A DNA stretch of 64,000 nucleotides from a virus. Taxonomy: Duplodnaviria > Caudoviricetes. Made by a program: the position numbers and the translations under genes. Location: the IMG/VR virus record IMGVR_UViG_3300031555_003155. One strand, given 5' to 3'. The notes under the pieces were generated by a model, which was not told the DNA's origin, made no database searches, and saw only the letters and a program-made list of their open reading frames with translations. This document shows positions 45,827-55,222 of this stretch, piece after piece; position 1 is the stretch's first letter; every line of letters starts with the position of its first letter.

Positions 45827-47233
45827 TTAGTTGGACGATTCATCATCACCAAACAGCGCCGTATTTAAATCCGCAAAGTTTTTCGAAATAATCTCACAAA
45901 TAGTACCACAAATGTTCTCAATCTGATTTGTGTCAAAACGACGCTCACCAATCGAATATGTAAAAGAAGCAGTATTAATGCGTACACCTCGAAAACTCTT
46001 TTTGAAGTCTATATTATCAAAAATAGAATATTCTGGATCGTTACAAACAGCATACATATCGGCAGGAACTGAAGCTTCGCCCGGAAACATATTCAGCTTA
46101 GCACAGATTTCATCTACAATATCATATGCATATATACCATCATATTGCCAATCGAGATTTATGATGAAATTCGTTGTTCCAGGTCTATCGATACATACTA
46201 ATCCATTATCGATAAAGTTACACACCATTTCATATCTAATATCCATAGCGGCTTCAACAGCGTTCGAGAAGTTCACCGATAACGCATATTCACCGGCAGC
46301 AATTTTTCCACAAAGTTCGAGAATATTATCACACTCTGTCCCACTAAGGCATATTGAATTGGTAACTAGATTTTCTATAGATAGTTCTCTGACATGGGAG
46401 ATATGAGAACTATCTTCAAGTTCGCATGCAATATTATAGGTTAATGCTACCCATTCATCTGGACCTCCAAAAATACCGTTAGTTTTACATAATACTATAT
46501 CATAACCAAGACTGTTCTTATCGTCAAGGTCTGTACGAAACAATCCTAATGTATCATAACAACCTGCAGCAATCGGCGCACCGATTTCAGTAATATTAGC
46601 TATTAAAATACAATCATATTCATAAATCTCTTCCTTGATAGTATTAACGGCATTTGCAATATCATAATAATTAATACACCTGTCAAGATCTGTAAAAAAT
46701 ACATCCGGGAGTTCATCAACATATATTACATACGGGTCAGTATCATTTATCTTTTTAAATAACTTTTGATAAAACTCATCATATGTCATTTTAGGAGTCT
46801 CGAAAAACGATATAGCATCATTGTGAGATAATGATGGTACTGAGCTGATATCTCTGCCGATAAAAAACTCATCCCTAGTAATAACGAGAAGCCCATCCCC
46901 TTTATTACTCTTAATAATACCATCTTCAAGATGTGAAAATAATTCTTTAGGTGGGTAGATTGATGTCAACGCTCTATATATTCCGTTCGTATTAAACACA
47001 TCATCCCATATATCATTACACAAACGTTCCAATTGTTTTTGAACATAATAATCATTAATAAGATCTGAAGCGATTGCATGGTTCATTAATGATTTTGCTT
47101 TCAAATTAAGTTTTGTGTAATTAGGTCGCAAATCAATGCATCCTTCATACTCTGCGAATATACCCTCAATGATATTATACGCATCATTAGGATTCGTAGA
47201 TTTGTCCAATTTTTCATTTTCATAATTTTTCAT
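45827..47233 (-). CDS. degenerate serine hydroxymethyltransferase-like protein (fold-type I PLP fold, Schiff-base Lys missing)
   Basis: NITEIGAPIAAG vs DMAHVAGLVAAG; DIVLCKTNGIFGGP vs HVVTTTTHKTLAGP; GVRINTASFT vs GIRVGTPAIT. Confidence 0.65.
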   Translation of the reverse strand: MKNYENEKLDKSTNPNDAYNIIEGIFAEYEGCIDLRPNYTKLNLKAKSLMNHAIASDLINDYYVQKQLERLCNDIWDDVFNTNGIYRALTSIYPPKELFSHLEDGIIKSNKGDGLLVITRDEFFIGRDISSVPSLSHNDAISFFETPKMTYDEFYQKLFKKINDTDPYVIYVDELPDVFFTDLDRCINYYDIANAVNTIKEEIYEYDCILIANITEIGAPIAAGCYDTLGLFRTDLDDKNSLGYDIVLCKTNGIFGGPDEWVALTYNIACELEDSSHISHVRELSIENLVTNSICLSGTECDNILELCGKIAAGEYALSVNFSNAVEAAMDIRYEMVCNFIDNGLVCIDRPGTTNFIINLDWQYDGIYAYDIVDEICAKLNMFPGEASVPADMYAVCNDPEYSIFDNIDFKKSFRGVRINTASFTYSIGERRFDTNQIENICGTICEIISKNFADLNTALFGDDESSN

Positions 47234-47270
47234 TACATAACTTCCTTTCTCTTTATATAGTTATATGATT

Positions 47271-47280
47271 ATAATATATA
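47271..47280 (-). promoter_or_regulatory. early-type promoter motif TATATATTAT
   Basis: Upstream of SHMT-like gene. Confidence 0.65.
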
Positions 47281-47300
47281 TTCAAATCTACACACAAATT

Positions 47301-47312
47301 AACAATGAAGTA
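47301..47312 (+). promoter_or_regulatory. late promoter AACA-N6-TA
   Basis: AACAATGAAGTA. Confidence 0.6.
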
Positions 47313-47342
47313 ATATTTTAAAATATAAAGGAGGGCTTTATT

Positions 47343-47756
47343 ATGGGTTGTGTGTTTTGTGAAAAAAATCATGCTGGTGCTAAAATAAAAGACAATATGG
47401 AATCTAGCAAGCATTACTTGACGTGTGATGGCAAAAAACTATTCTTAACAACAAGTGATTATAAATACAAAGGTTGTTTCGATATTAAATTTTGTCCAGT
47501 ATGTGGACGAGAATTAATCAGTCCCATATATAGTTTATATAGGGGATGTAAACAGTGCAGGTATCATGATGTGTGTGTGAAACGTCATAAAAATAGGTAT
47601 TGTATTGAGTATAAAGCGATGTTCGGATGTAGTGAATTTAGTGATAAGGAACGTAGTAAATCGACATTTATAACAGTTAGTAAATTAATAATTAAACGAA
47701 TACACTTCGCTATATATAAACTACAGCCAAAAGCTAATAAAAAAACGGACATGTAA
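47343..47756 (+). CDS. Cys-rich zinc-binding hypothetical protein
   Basis: CVFC, IKFCPVCGREL, CKQC...C...C. Confidence 0.65.
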   Translation: MGCVFCEKNHAGAKIKDNMESSKHYLTCDGKKLFLTTSDYKYKGCFDIKFCPVCGRELISPIYSLYRGCKQCRYHDVCVKRHKNRYCIEYKAMFGCSEFSDKERSKSTFITVSKLIIKRIHFAIYKLQPKANKKTDM

Positions 47757-47769
47757 AAAATACCTATTC

Positions 47770-47781
47770 AACATTACCTTA
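47770..47781 (+). promoter_or_regulatory. late promoter AACA-N6-TA
   Basis: AACATTACCTTA. Confidence 0.7.
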
Positions 47782-47788
47782 ATAAAAT

Positions 47789-49537
47789 ATGAAAGTGAGA
47801 GTGGAAACTATGAGAAATGTGTTCGAAACTAAACTTTCGACAGAAGATAGAAATGATCTGGAAGATAAAATGTTCGGTCTTCCAAAAGAACGTAAATATC
47901 CATTAAATGATGAAACTAGAATACGTAAAGCTATTCAGTTTTTTAAATACTGTCCACATAAAGACAGAAATGAATTGGCTACTAATATAAATAAACGATT
48001 AAGAGAAACTGGATTAAAGATAGAGGTCGGAGAAGATAATCCTTTTTATAAGTATGCAAATAAAGAACTTATAGAAAGTATTGTGACGGAAAATATTTCT
48101 TCACCGTCTATGAATAATCCTGTTATAATAGTCAATCGTTCTTCAATACAAGGAATTGAAGATGAAAATTGCCATATGATGGATAAGCGTATGTGCGAAA
48201 CTCGTGACAATGAGTTAGCTAAAGATATGGTTCGTATAAATAACAATTTGTATACCATGTATATAGATTACATAAAATATGTAAATTACGAAGGTGCTCA
48301 AATAACAGAAATTCCATATAGAGTAATACATGATTTGGGTACATTGGCAGTATTATCATTACAGCAAAGAAATATTAAGCTTGCTGAAAATGCATGTATT
48401 GTATTAAATAGATTAGCAGGTCTCGATAGAACTAATAAGCATCATATATTTAGAGAAGCTATATGTATAAAATACTTTATAAAGGTTTTATACGGGATCG
48501 ATTATTCTGAAACACGTGCTCTATATAAATTAATACAAGAAATATCTAATATAGATATAACTAGAAATAAAGTTAATGTATGGTATGGAGTAGGGTACGA
48601 AGACGAGATATTAACAATATTATATAATTCTGGTTTAGAAAAACATTGCACATGTCTTCAGGAATATTTTGAAGAATGTCGAAGAAATAAAGAAAGTGAA
48701 TTATATATTATTGATTTGGATAAAAATGATGCATTTAGAAATATTGTATTTAGTCCAATAGAGACATTTCCTCTTACAGCACAAATCAAAATAAATGAAA
48801 TAACAAATTTATTTATAACAGAAAAACTTATGCATCTTAATTATAAGAATTTATCCACAAAGTTAACAAATACACAATTAGTTCGATTAATGAATTTACG
48901 TCGTCTTGATAATGTTACTGTAATACGTGATAGATATGGAGATGATTTATATTGTGGAAATATTAAAAATGAAGTATATTTGATATTATCCGATAAAACA
49001 GAAAATGAACAAATTGTGTTAATAGAATTAACTGATGATGTTATATCACATTTTATAAGTTCATATGATATAGATAGACCTATTAAATTATATAGGTTCA
49101 AATTTATTAATAAAGAGATTAACAAAAATAAATCTTTAACTGAAGGATTCGCTATGGACGATGATGGTAATATGAAAATAACAATATCATCTAAGAAGTC
49201 CTATATGGATGAATACTCACAAAATCATAAACTTCTTGTAGAGAACTGGAAAAATAAAAATTACGAGGGGGTGAAGAAGAATCTCGCATTTGTGTTTGCG
49301 TTGATAAATATTATTGAACGGGATAAAAAATATAAAGAAAGAGATCCCGAAATTGTTAAAGCTAGAGCTTTTGCTACTAATGATTTTAAGACATATTTAA
49401 AAAAGCTCACTGATATTGAGAAGAACTTTGATTTTGTTGATTATTATAAAAATTCCGACTACGATAAGTTAATCATTAACTTACCAAAACAAACAATTGC
49501 CGGAATTAAAATGCTATTTAAAATGATAGTGAAATAA
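47789..49537 (+). CDS. putative head protein with N-terminal DUF6582-like module
   Basis: LSTEDRNDL...FGLPKERKYPLNDETRIRKAIQFF; LIES and LTEG sites bracket the middle region. Confidence 0.55.
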   Translation: MKVRVETMRNVFETKLSTEDRNDLEDKMFGLPKERKYPLNDETRIRKAIQFFKYCPHKDRNELATNINKRLRETGLKIEVGEDNPFYKYANKELIESIVTENISSPSMNNPVIIVNRSSIQGIEDENCHMMDKRMCETRDNELAKDMVRINNNLYTMYIDYIKYVNYEGAQITEIPYRVIHDLGTLAVLSLQQRNIKLAENACIVLNRLAGLDRTNKHHIFREAICIKYFIKVLYGIDYSETRALYKLIQEISNIDITRNKVNVWYGVGYEDEILTILYNSGLEKHCTCLQEYFEECRRNKESELYIIDLDKNDAFRNIVFSPIETFPLTAQIKINEITNLFITEKLMHLNYKNLSTKLTNTQLVRLMNLRRLDNVTVIRDRYGDDLYCGNIKNEVYLILSDKTENEQIVLIELTDDVISHFISSYDIDRPIKLYRFKFINKEINKNKSLTEGFAMDDDGNMKITISSKKSYMDEYSQNHKLLVENWKNKNYEGVKKNLAFVFALINIIERDKKYKERDPEIVKARAFATNDFKTYLKKLTDIEKNFDFVDYYKNSDYDKLIINLPKQTIAGIKMLFKMIVK

Positions 49538-49636
49538 GTATACATTTAATATAGTGAATGCCTTTATATATACAATATATAGGGCATTCACATTTGTATT
49601 TTCATTAATGTATGCGTAAAGAAAGGATTTGAAATT

Positions 49637-50536
49637 ATGGATAAAGTTAATAATAAACTTTATAACCGAATTGCAAAATTAGAAAGTAAGAACACTCGTC
49701 AAAGTTATGCGATTTATATTCTAGTGTTAATGTGCATATTAAGCATGAGCGTTAATATCACATTAGCAACAGAATCATATGCTAGCGGTCAAATTATTGA
49801 CGATATTATGAGTACAGACGATCGTAGTGAAGATCAGGATACTCTTACCAAAACCGAACCAATTATCAAACTTAAACCTACAGACGGCGATGGCGTAGAA
49901 CTATTCAGCGACACAAAAATCGGAGAACAATTCGATTTGCCAATATACAAATCTTCGGAACGCACAACGTATAGTGATTGGCTTAAACAATTAGAGACTA
50001 GACCGGAAGCTAAACTAACTTCCAATACAGAAAAAGAAACTAAACCAGAAGAACCTGAACCAGTCTCTGAACCTCAATTTCCAGAAACAGAATTAACTGG
50101 AAATGCTAACTTGGATAGAGATGTGCTGACGAAAGTTATTTCAGAAGTTGCTCCAGCTTTAGCAGGAATTGAAGACGCATTATTACATAACTATAATACT
50201 CATGGAATAAAACCATCATTCTCATTAGCTGTAGCGTGTTTAGAATCCGGATATGGAAAATCTGATTTAGCTAAATACAAAAATAATTTATACGGTATGA
50301 ATGCATACCCATATAACGGTTTAACCGCATATCAACATGCGTTTACATATAATTCTAAGTCGGACTCCGTTATAGACTTTGGGGACAAAATATATAGCCA
50401 ATATATGCTTAAAGGATTGACAACGTTAGAGAGTATAAATAGGATATATTGTCCACCAAATCCACAATGGGCGTCTCATGTTAGAAGCATTAAAAATAAG
50501 ATTGAAAACATATACGATGAATATAGTACAGTTTAA
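49637..50536 (+). CDS. membrane-anchored glucosaminidase-type (GH73-like) peptidoglycan hydrolase
   Basis: N-terminal hydrophobic helix YAIYILVLMCILSMSV, P/E-rich linker, ACLESGYGKS...KNNLYG, YC...W. Confidence 0.8.
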   Translation: MDKVNNKLYNRIAKLESKNTRQSYAIYILVLMCILSMSVNITLATESYASGQIIDDIMSTDDRSEDQDTLTKTEPIIKLKPTDGDGVELFSDTKIGEQFDLPIYKSSERTTYSDWLKQLETRPEAKLTSNTEKETKPEEPEPVSEPQFPETELTGNANLDRDVLTKVISEVAPALAGIEDALLHNYNTHGIKPSFSLAVACLESGYGKSDLAKYKNNLYGMNAYPYNGLTAYQHAFTYNSKSDSVIDFGDKIYSQYMLKGLTTLESINRIYCPPNPQWASHVRSIKNKIENIYDEYSTV

Positions 50537-50549
50537 TATGGTTTTCAGT

Positions 50550-50559
50550 TATATATTAT
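50550..50559 (+). promoter_or_regulatory. early-type promoter motif TATATATTAT
   Basis: Upstream of 50632. Confidence 0.65.
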
Positions 50560-50631
50560 ATGCGTGTAATATAATAAATTATTATATTAATAAAAACAAA
50601 TTCATAAAAACCAATAGGAGGTAATTTTGTC

Positions 50632-51216
50632 ATGACAGAAACAAACAGACCAGTTAGAAGGAATTTACTCGACAAAGCAGTTGATATCGAACCTACAGGT
50701 GTTCTTTATGATATCAAAGGCTCAATGATTGAGAACTTTGTTGAGGAGTATCTTGCAGCACTTAATATTGATGGGGTTGAAAAAGTATACTTAAAGGTGC
50801 AGAGCGAAGGATATACAAATCCTCGTGTTGCATTGTATTTATTTATGTCAACAAACTCATCTATGATTGTATCATCGGCTGATAACGTTCCGGCTGCACT
50901 TAAGAACAAAATGGACAAGATCAGCATTAAAATGAAAGATGAACTTAAGAAAGCACTTTATCCATTATGCGGAAGTGATTTCGAAGCAGGAAAGAAAGAC
51001 AACAGAACATGCTATGTTCAGTTAAACATCTTTAGAGCTCTCGGTCTTATGTTTAAGGCTGATGCGGCAACACAGCAGATTGTTGTATCAAACGCAAGAC
51101 GCGAAGGCAAAGATAGTGTTATTAGCGTCATTAAACAAATTAAATATGTGGGCGGAAAGAGAACAGGTAATGACGACAAGTACGCTCGTATGATTGATGA
51201 TATTGAACGTAGATAA
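50632..51216 (+). CDS. hypothetical early protein
   Basis: 194-aa ORF with AGGAGG RBS and terminator at 51237-51269. Confidence 0.75.
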   Translation: MTETNRPVRRNLLDKAVDIEPTGVLYDIKGSMIENFVEEYLAALNIDGVEKVYLKVQSEGYTNPRVALYLFMSTNSSMIVSSADNVPAALKNKMDKISIKMKDELKKALYPLCGSDFEAGKKDNRTCYVQLNIFRALGLMFKADAATQQIVVSNARREGKDSVISVIKQIKYVGGKRTGNDDKYARMIDDIERR

Positions 51217-51296
51217 TAACATCAAACAAAAAAAATAAAAGATGATAAGTTTTATACTTATCATCTTTTTTTTATTCACTTTGTTTTATTAAAGGA

Positions 51297-51671
51297 GTGA
51301 TTATTATGGGATTTAAAAAAAGTGGAGAATTTAAATATAATATAGAAACTATGTTGGGAACTCTTAAAGAGAGTGATAAGCATGATTGGATTAAAGCTGT
51401 TATGCGAGTCGCATGGGGAGATAATCCAACAACATTAGATGTTAGAAGTTTAAACCCTGCAACAAAATTTGTAGGTAAAGGAATAAGCTTAACCAATGAA
51501 GAAGCTGATAAGTTAGTTGATATTTTACTTCAGAATGATTATGGAACATTAGAAGAATTGGAAGCTGCTGTTAAACGCAAAAGAGATATATTTTCAATTT
51601 CAAATAATGTAGATTTTATGTGCAGCGATGATGGAGATTATTTTAAAATTGATGTAAACATAGAGGACTGA
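51297..51671 (+). CDS. PC4/YdbC-like ssDNA-binding protein
   Basis: LGTLKES...W...VAWG...LDVR...GKGISLTNEE. Confidence 0.75.
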   Translation: MIIMGFKKSGEFKYNIETMLGTLKESDKHDWIKAVMRVAWGDNPTTLDVRSLNPATKFVGKGISLTNEEADKLVDILLQNDYGTLEELEAAVKRKRDIFSISNNVDFMCSDDGDYFKIDVNIED

Positions 51672-51675
51672 TATT

Positions 51676-52782
51676 ATGAATTTATATTTTAATCTATTTA
51701 AAGTTAAATTTACAAAACTTGATGAAATTATTCAAAATACTATAGGAGGGTTGCCTAGAGGTAGCGCTGTTAATGTATTTATAAATCTTGAAGATGTTAT
51801 AAGAAAATTAGCAAATCCTAAAGTAGATGAATATTTGCGTATAAGTGGTGAAAATAAACATATCGAATTGATATCAGAAATAATAAATCTCGCGTCACAT
51901 TATAGATTATATTTTGCAAAAAATAAAATACATTCAAATGTATATTTGTATATTCAGTATCCTTTTAAAGGTATTCAAAAAAATAGTATGTTTAATAAAG
52001 ACTATAGAAAATATTATTATCATAAATTTAATAATGACATATCGTATTTCTCATTATCCGAAGCATTGCATAATGCAATACCTTTAGCTAAGATAGTATT
52101 AGAGTATATAGAGGGAGTTTATTTTATAGAAAGCGGAAATATAGAAAATTCAGTTGTGCCTAAAGTTATTATGGAACACACAAAACCTACTGATTTACAT
52201 AATAGAGAAATTAATGCTAATTTTATTGTATCTACAGGGATATACGACTATCAATATGTAAATAATAATACATATGTAATTATATCCAAGCAAGATGAAA
52301 GTGAGATTTTAACTAAAGATAATGTTATTAAATATATTAAACGTACAAATAATATTAATAGTAATCATAATATAACTTCTCAATTTATACCATTTATATT
52401 ATCTATTATTGGAAATAAGCATAGGAATATATACAATATAAAAGGATATGGTATTAAGAAAGTATTTAAATTATTGGATACTGCTCTTAATGAGAATTTA
52501 ATTACAGAAAATATGAATAATATAAATTTATTATCAAGTATAATAAAATCTGGATATCGGGATATTGTTATGAATAATTATTATTGTACAGATATAGGAT
52601 TTCAATACAAACAGTTAAATACAAAAGATATTAATGATATAACATCTCAAATTGTTGATAGATTTGATAATATATCATTAAAGAAAATAAATGATGAGTT
52701 TTTTGCAAATACACCATTGAATTTAATGGAGATAACAGCAAAGGTTTCAGACATAAAAAATAAACCTAAGGTTATATTTTAA
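51676..52782 (+). CDS. 5'-3' exonuclease/flap endonuclease-like protein, probably inactive
   Basis: H3TH-like IIGNKHRNIYNIKGYGIKK; VSTGIYDYQYV in place of SxDKDLxQL; EADD motif replaced by ENSV. Confidence 0.6.
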   Translation: MNLYFNLFKVKFTKLDEIIQNTIGGLPRGSAVNVFINLEDVIRKLANPKVDEYLRISGENKHIELISEIINLASHYRLYFAKNKIHSNVYLYIQYPFKGIQKNSMFNKDYRKYYYHKFNNDISYFSLSEALHNAIPLAKIVLEYIEGVYFIESGNIENSVVPKVIMEHTKPTDLHNREINANFIVSTGIYDYQYVNNNTYVIISKQDESEILTKDNVIKYIKRTNNINSNHNITSQFIPFILSIIGNKHRNIYNIKGYGIKKVFKLLDTALNENLITENMNNINLLSSIIKSGYRDIVMNNYYCTDIGFQYKQLNTKDINDITSQIVDRFDNISLKKINDEFFANTPLNLMEITAKVSDIKNKPKVIF

Positions 52783-52790
52783 AGGAGGGG

Positions 52791-53177
52791 TTGATGGTGG
52801 ATAATACATTCATGTCAAAAATAGATCTTGTTCGCTCAATAAGAATTATTCTATCCGAGTCATACAAGTTAGGTGATTTTGGTTTTAGTATGGCTACTAT
52901 AAGTAAAGTTAAGGCAATAACTCTACTACTCCGTGTATTTGGAATATATGAAATGACGGAGCGTTTAGATATGCCAGTATTTGATGATGTTGTGCTCCAT
53001 AAAATTGATATCATATCTGATAAAACGATACCCGCAATAAAAAAGTCATCTCATCTACATAATAAATCAGCGTTCGACATAGTAGAAATTGTATGTCAAA
53101 CAATATGTGCATATCCTGATGACTCGGATATGTTAAATAATATTGAAATGTATTTATCTGATATATTTAAACTGTAA
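52791..53177 (+). CDS. hypothetical protein
   Basis: 128-aa ORF with AAGGAGG RBS. Confidence 0.65.
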   Translation: MMVDNTFMSKIDLVRSIRIILSESYKLGDFGFSMATISKVKAITLLLRVFGIYEMTERLDMPVFDDVVLHKIDIISDKTIPAIKKSSHLHNKSAFDIVEIVCQTICAYPDDSDMLNNIEMYLSDIFKL

Positions 53178-53193
53178 GGAGTGATATCGATAT

Positions 53194-53766
53194 ATGATAA
53201 ATAAACAATATCTTATTGATAATAATATTAAATTAACCCATGATAACACAATATTCTTTTGGAATCCAAAAAAAGAAAATGGGTTTTTATCTCAATGGTA
53301 TCATAGTGAATTTACATTATTTAATGTAGATTATACATGTGCAGAACAATGTATGATGTTTTATAAGGCATTATTATTTAACGATGTTTGGAGCGGACTA
53401 CTCATAAGTAAACAATATAAAACACCAAAAATGTATAAAGAGCTTGGACGCAATGTTAAAAATTTTGATCAAAAAATATGGGATGAAAATAAAGTTAAAA
53501 TAGTGTGGTTAACAAATATTGCGAAATTTACAGATAATAAAGAACTCACGAATATGTTATTAGATACTGGAAACAAGTATTTGATAGAAGCATCACCATA
53601 TGATAATGTATGGGGAATAGGTTTAACTGCTCATGACCCTAAACGGTTTAAACCAAATGAATGGAATGGTGAAAATTTATTAGGTTTCACGTTAATGCGT
53701 GTGAGGGATTGTTTAATGAAACATAAGAAAATTAATGAAAATAAAGATGAGGTACTAACCGAATAG
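53194..53766 (+). CDS. NADAR family protein (YbiA/DUF1768)
   Basis: FLSQWY, AEQCMMFYKALLFND, KELGR, AKF, LIEASPYDNVWGIG, GENLLGFTLMRVR. Confidence 0.92.
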   Translation: MINKQYLIDNNIKLTHDNTIFFWNPKKENGFLSQWYHSEFTLFNVDYTCAEQCMMFYKALLFNDVWSGLLISKQYKTPKMYKELGRNVKNFDQKIWDENKVKIVWLTNIAKFTDNKELTNMLLDTGNKYLIEASPYDNVWGIGLTAHDPKRFKPNEWNGENLLGFTLMRVRDCLMKHKKINENKDEVLTE

Positions 53767-53851
53767 GTTAGTACCTCAATTATACATTATTCTTTATTTT
53801 TTTATTATCACACATTTAATTAATAAAAAATATTAAAGGAGATGATTATTA

Positions 53852-55093
53852 ATGGCTTTAGTTAAAGAAACTGACCATTATAAATATAGAATTTCTTTGC
53901 TTGAAATCGTTATTCCCGGACAAGATACAGTTACGTTAAAAACACCTAATATAAATTCAATGGGAATAGAAAAAGACTTTGATAATGACCATTTTCCTAT
54001 ATTACATTTAAGTTTAAATATACCACCAGAGTTGTATTTTAATATTTTAGAAAATAAAACTACTGTTAAATTTCGAGTTAGATTAGAAAGTTATATATAT
54101 GATGCGAATAATGAGATCCGAAGAACTAATGTTGTATTTAATGATAGTTTTTCTATTTTTATTGATGATAATGCAACATTTGTCGATAAAGACTTATACT
54201 TAAAAGCAAAAGAGGAGAATGGTGGAAATTATCAATTAACAGACTTCTCTCAACCAAGAGACTTTTTCTTATTTAAAGAAAAAGATTTGCTTGGTTCAAA
54301 AACTATAACTAATGCTGTAATTACATCAGGAAACATGACAGATATTTCCACATTTTTATTATCTAATGCTAATATAAATAATATTCTTATGACACCATTA
54401 GATAATAACCAGGTATATAATGAAGTAGTTCTATTACCAGTATCGACTATACATAATCTTATCTATTTGGAAAAACAATATGGTATGTATTATCACGGGT
54501 TATTACTGTTCTTTGATTTCGAAAGAGCATATTTTATTAATAAAACATCAGAGTGTACAGCTTGGAAATCGGGTGAATTTAAAGATGTTGTTGTTGAAAG
54601 TTTTAAAAGTTCTAACCCTAATTCAATAACTCCAGGATGTATTCGTGATGAAGATAATAAAAAGTATATAATCCATGCAGCAAAAGATAGTATAGAGATG
54701 ATAACATCATCCATAGTAGACGATCAATTGTCTGGTAATGATATGGTTGTTATTGATGCTGGTACCGGAAATGTTACTAATGTAACTCCTAGTGTACAAC
54801 AAAGAGGTTCTGGTACGAAAAAAATATTAATTGATAATTTCAATAATCCATTCACAAAGAAGAGTATGGAATATAGAAAATTAGAGAATGATGGTATATT
54901 GAAATTAACATTACAAAATATCGATATGGAAGCATTGACTCCTAATAAAAAATTCACATTTATATTTGAAGATACAGCTATACAGAAACAGCGCGGCGGT
55001 TCTTACAGATTAAGTAATGTTATTTATACATTTGATAAACAGGGTCTCGAGTATACAGTGAGAGCCAAAACAGTATTTAAAAAAATAAAATAA
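53852..55093 (+). CDS. putative baseplate hub/tail structural protein
   Basis: Beta-rich; C-terminal LTPNKKF...GSYRLSNVIYTF resembles gp27/gpD hub ends; CACA-N6-TA promoter variant at 53811. Confidence 0.5.
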   Translation: MALVKETDHYKYRISLLEIVIPGQDTVTLKTPNINSMGIEKDFDNDHFPILHLSLNIPPELYFNILENKTTVKFRVRLESYIYDANNEIRRTNVVFNDSFSIFIDDNATFVDKDLYLKAKEENGGNYQLTDFSQPRDFFLFKEKDLLGSKTITNAVITSGNMTDISTFLLSNANINNILMTPLDNNQVYNEVVLLPVSTIHNLIYLEKQYGMYYHGLLLFFDFERAYFINKTSECTAWKSGEFKDVVVESFKSSNPNSITPGCIRDEDNKKYIIHAAKDSIEMITSSIVDDQLSGNDMVVIDAGTGNVTNVTPSVQQRGSGTKKILIDNFNNPFTKKSMEYRKLENDGILKLTLQNIDMEALTPNKKFTFIFEDTAIQKQRGGSYRLSNVIYTFDKQGLEYTVRAKTVFKKIK

Positions 55094-55222
55094 TATATAG
55101 GATATATGGAATGCTACCATATATCCTATATATTTAATGATTTTCTTAATGTTAGGAAAATCATGTAGTAATAAAAAATAGATGATTGGTAAAGAATACC
55201 AATCATCTATATATTTAATCAA

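Noticed and set aside
8029-53822. Near-match late promoters (AACT at 8029, AACA-N6-AA at 12060, AACA-N6-TT at 36721, TACA at 41860, CACA at 53811)
   Set aside because: Each has one mismatch to the consensus in very AT-rich DNA; plausible but not counted as supported sites
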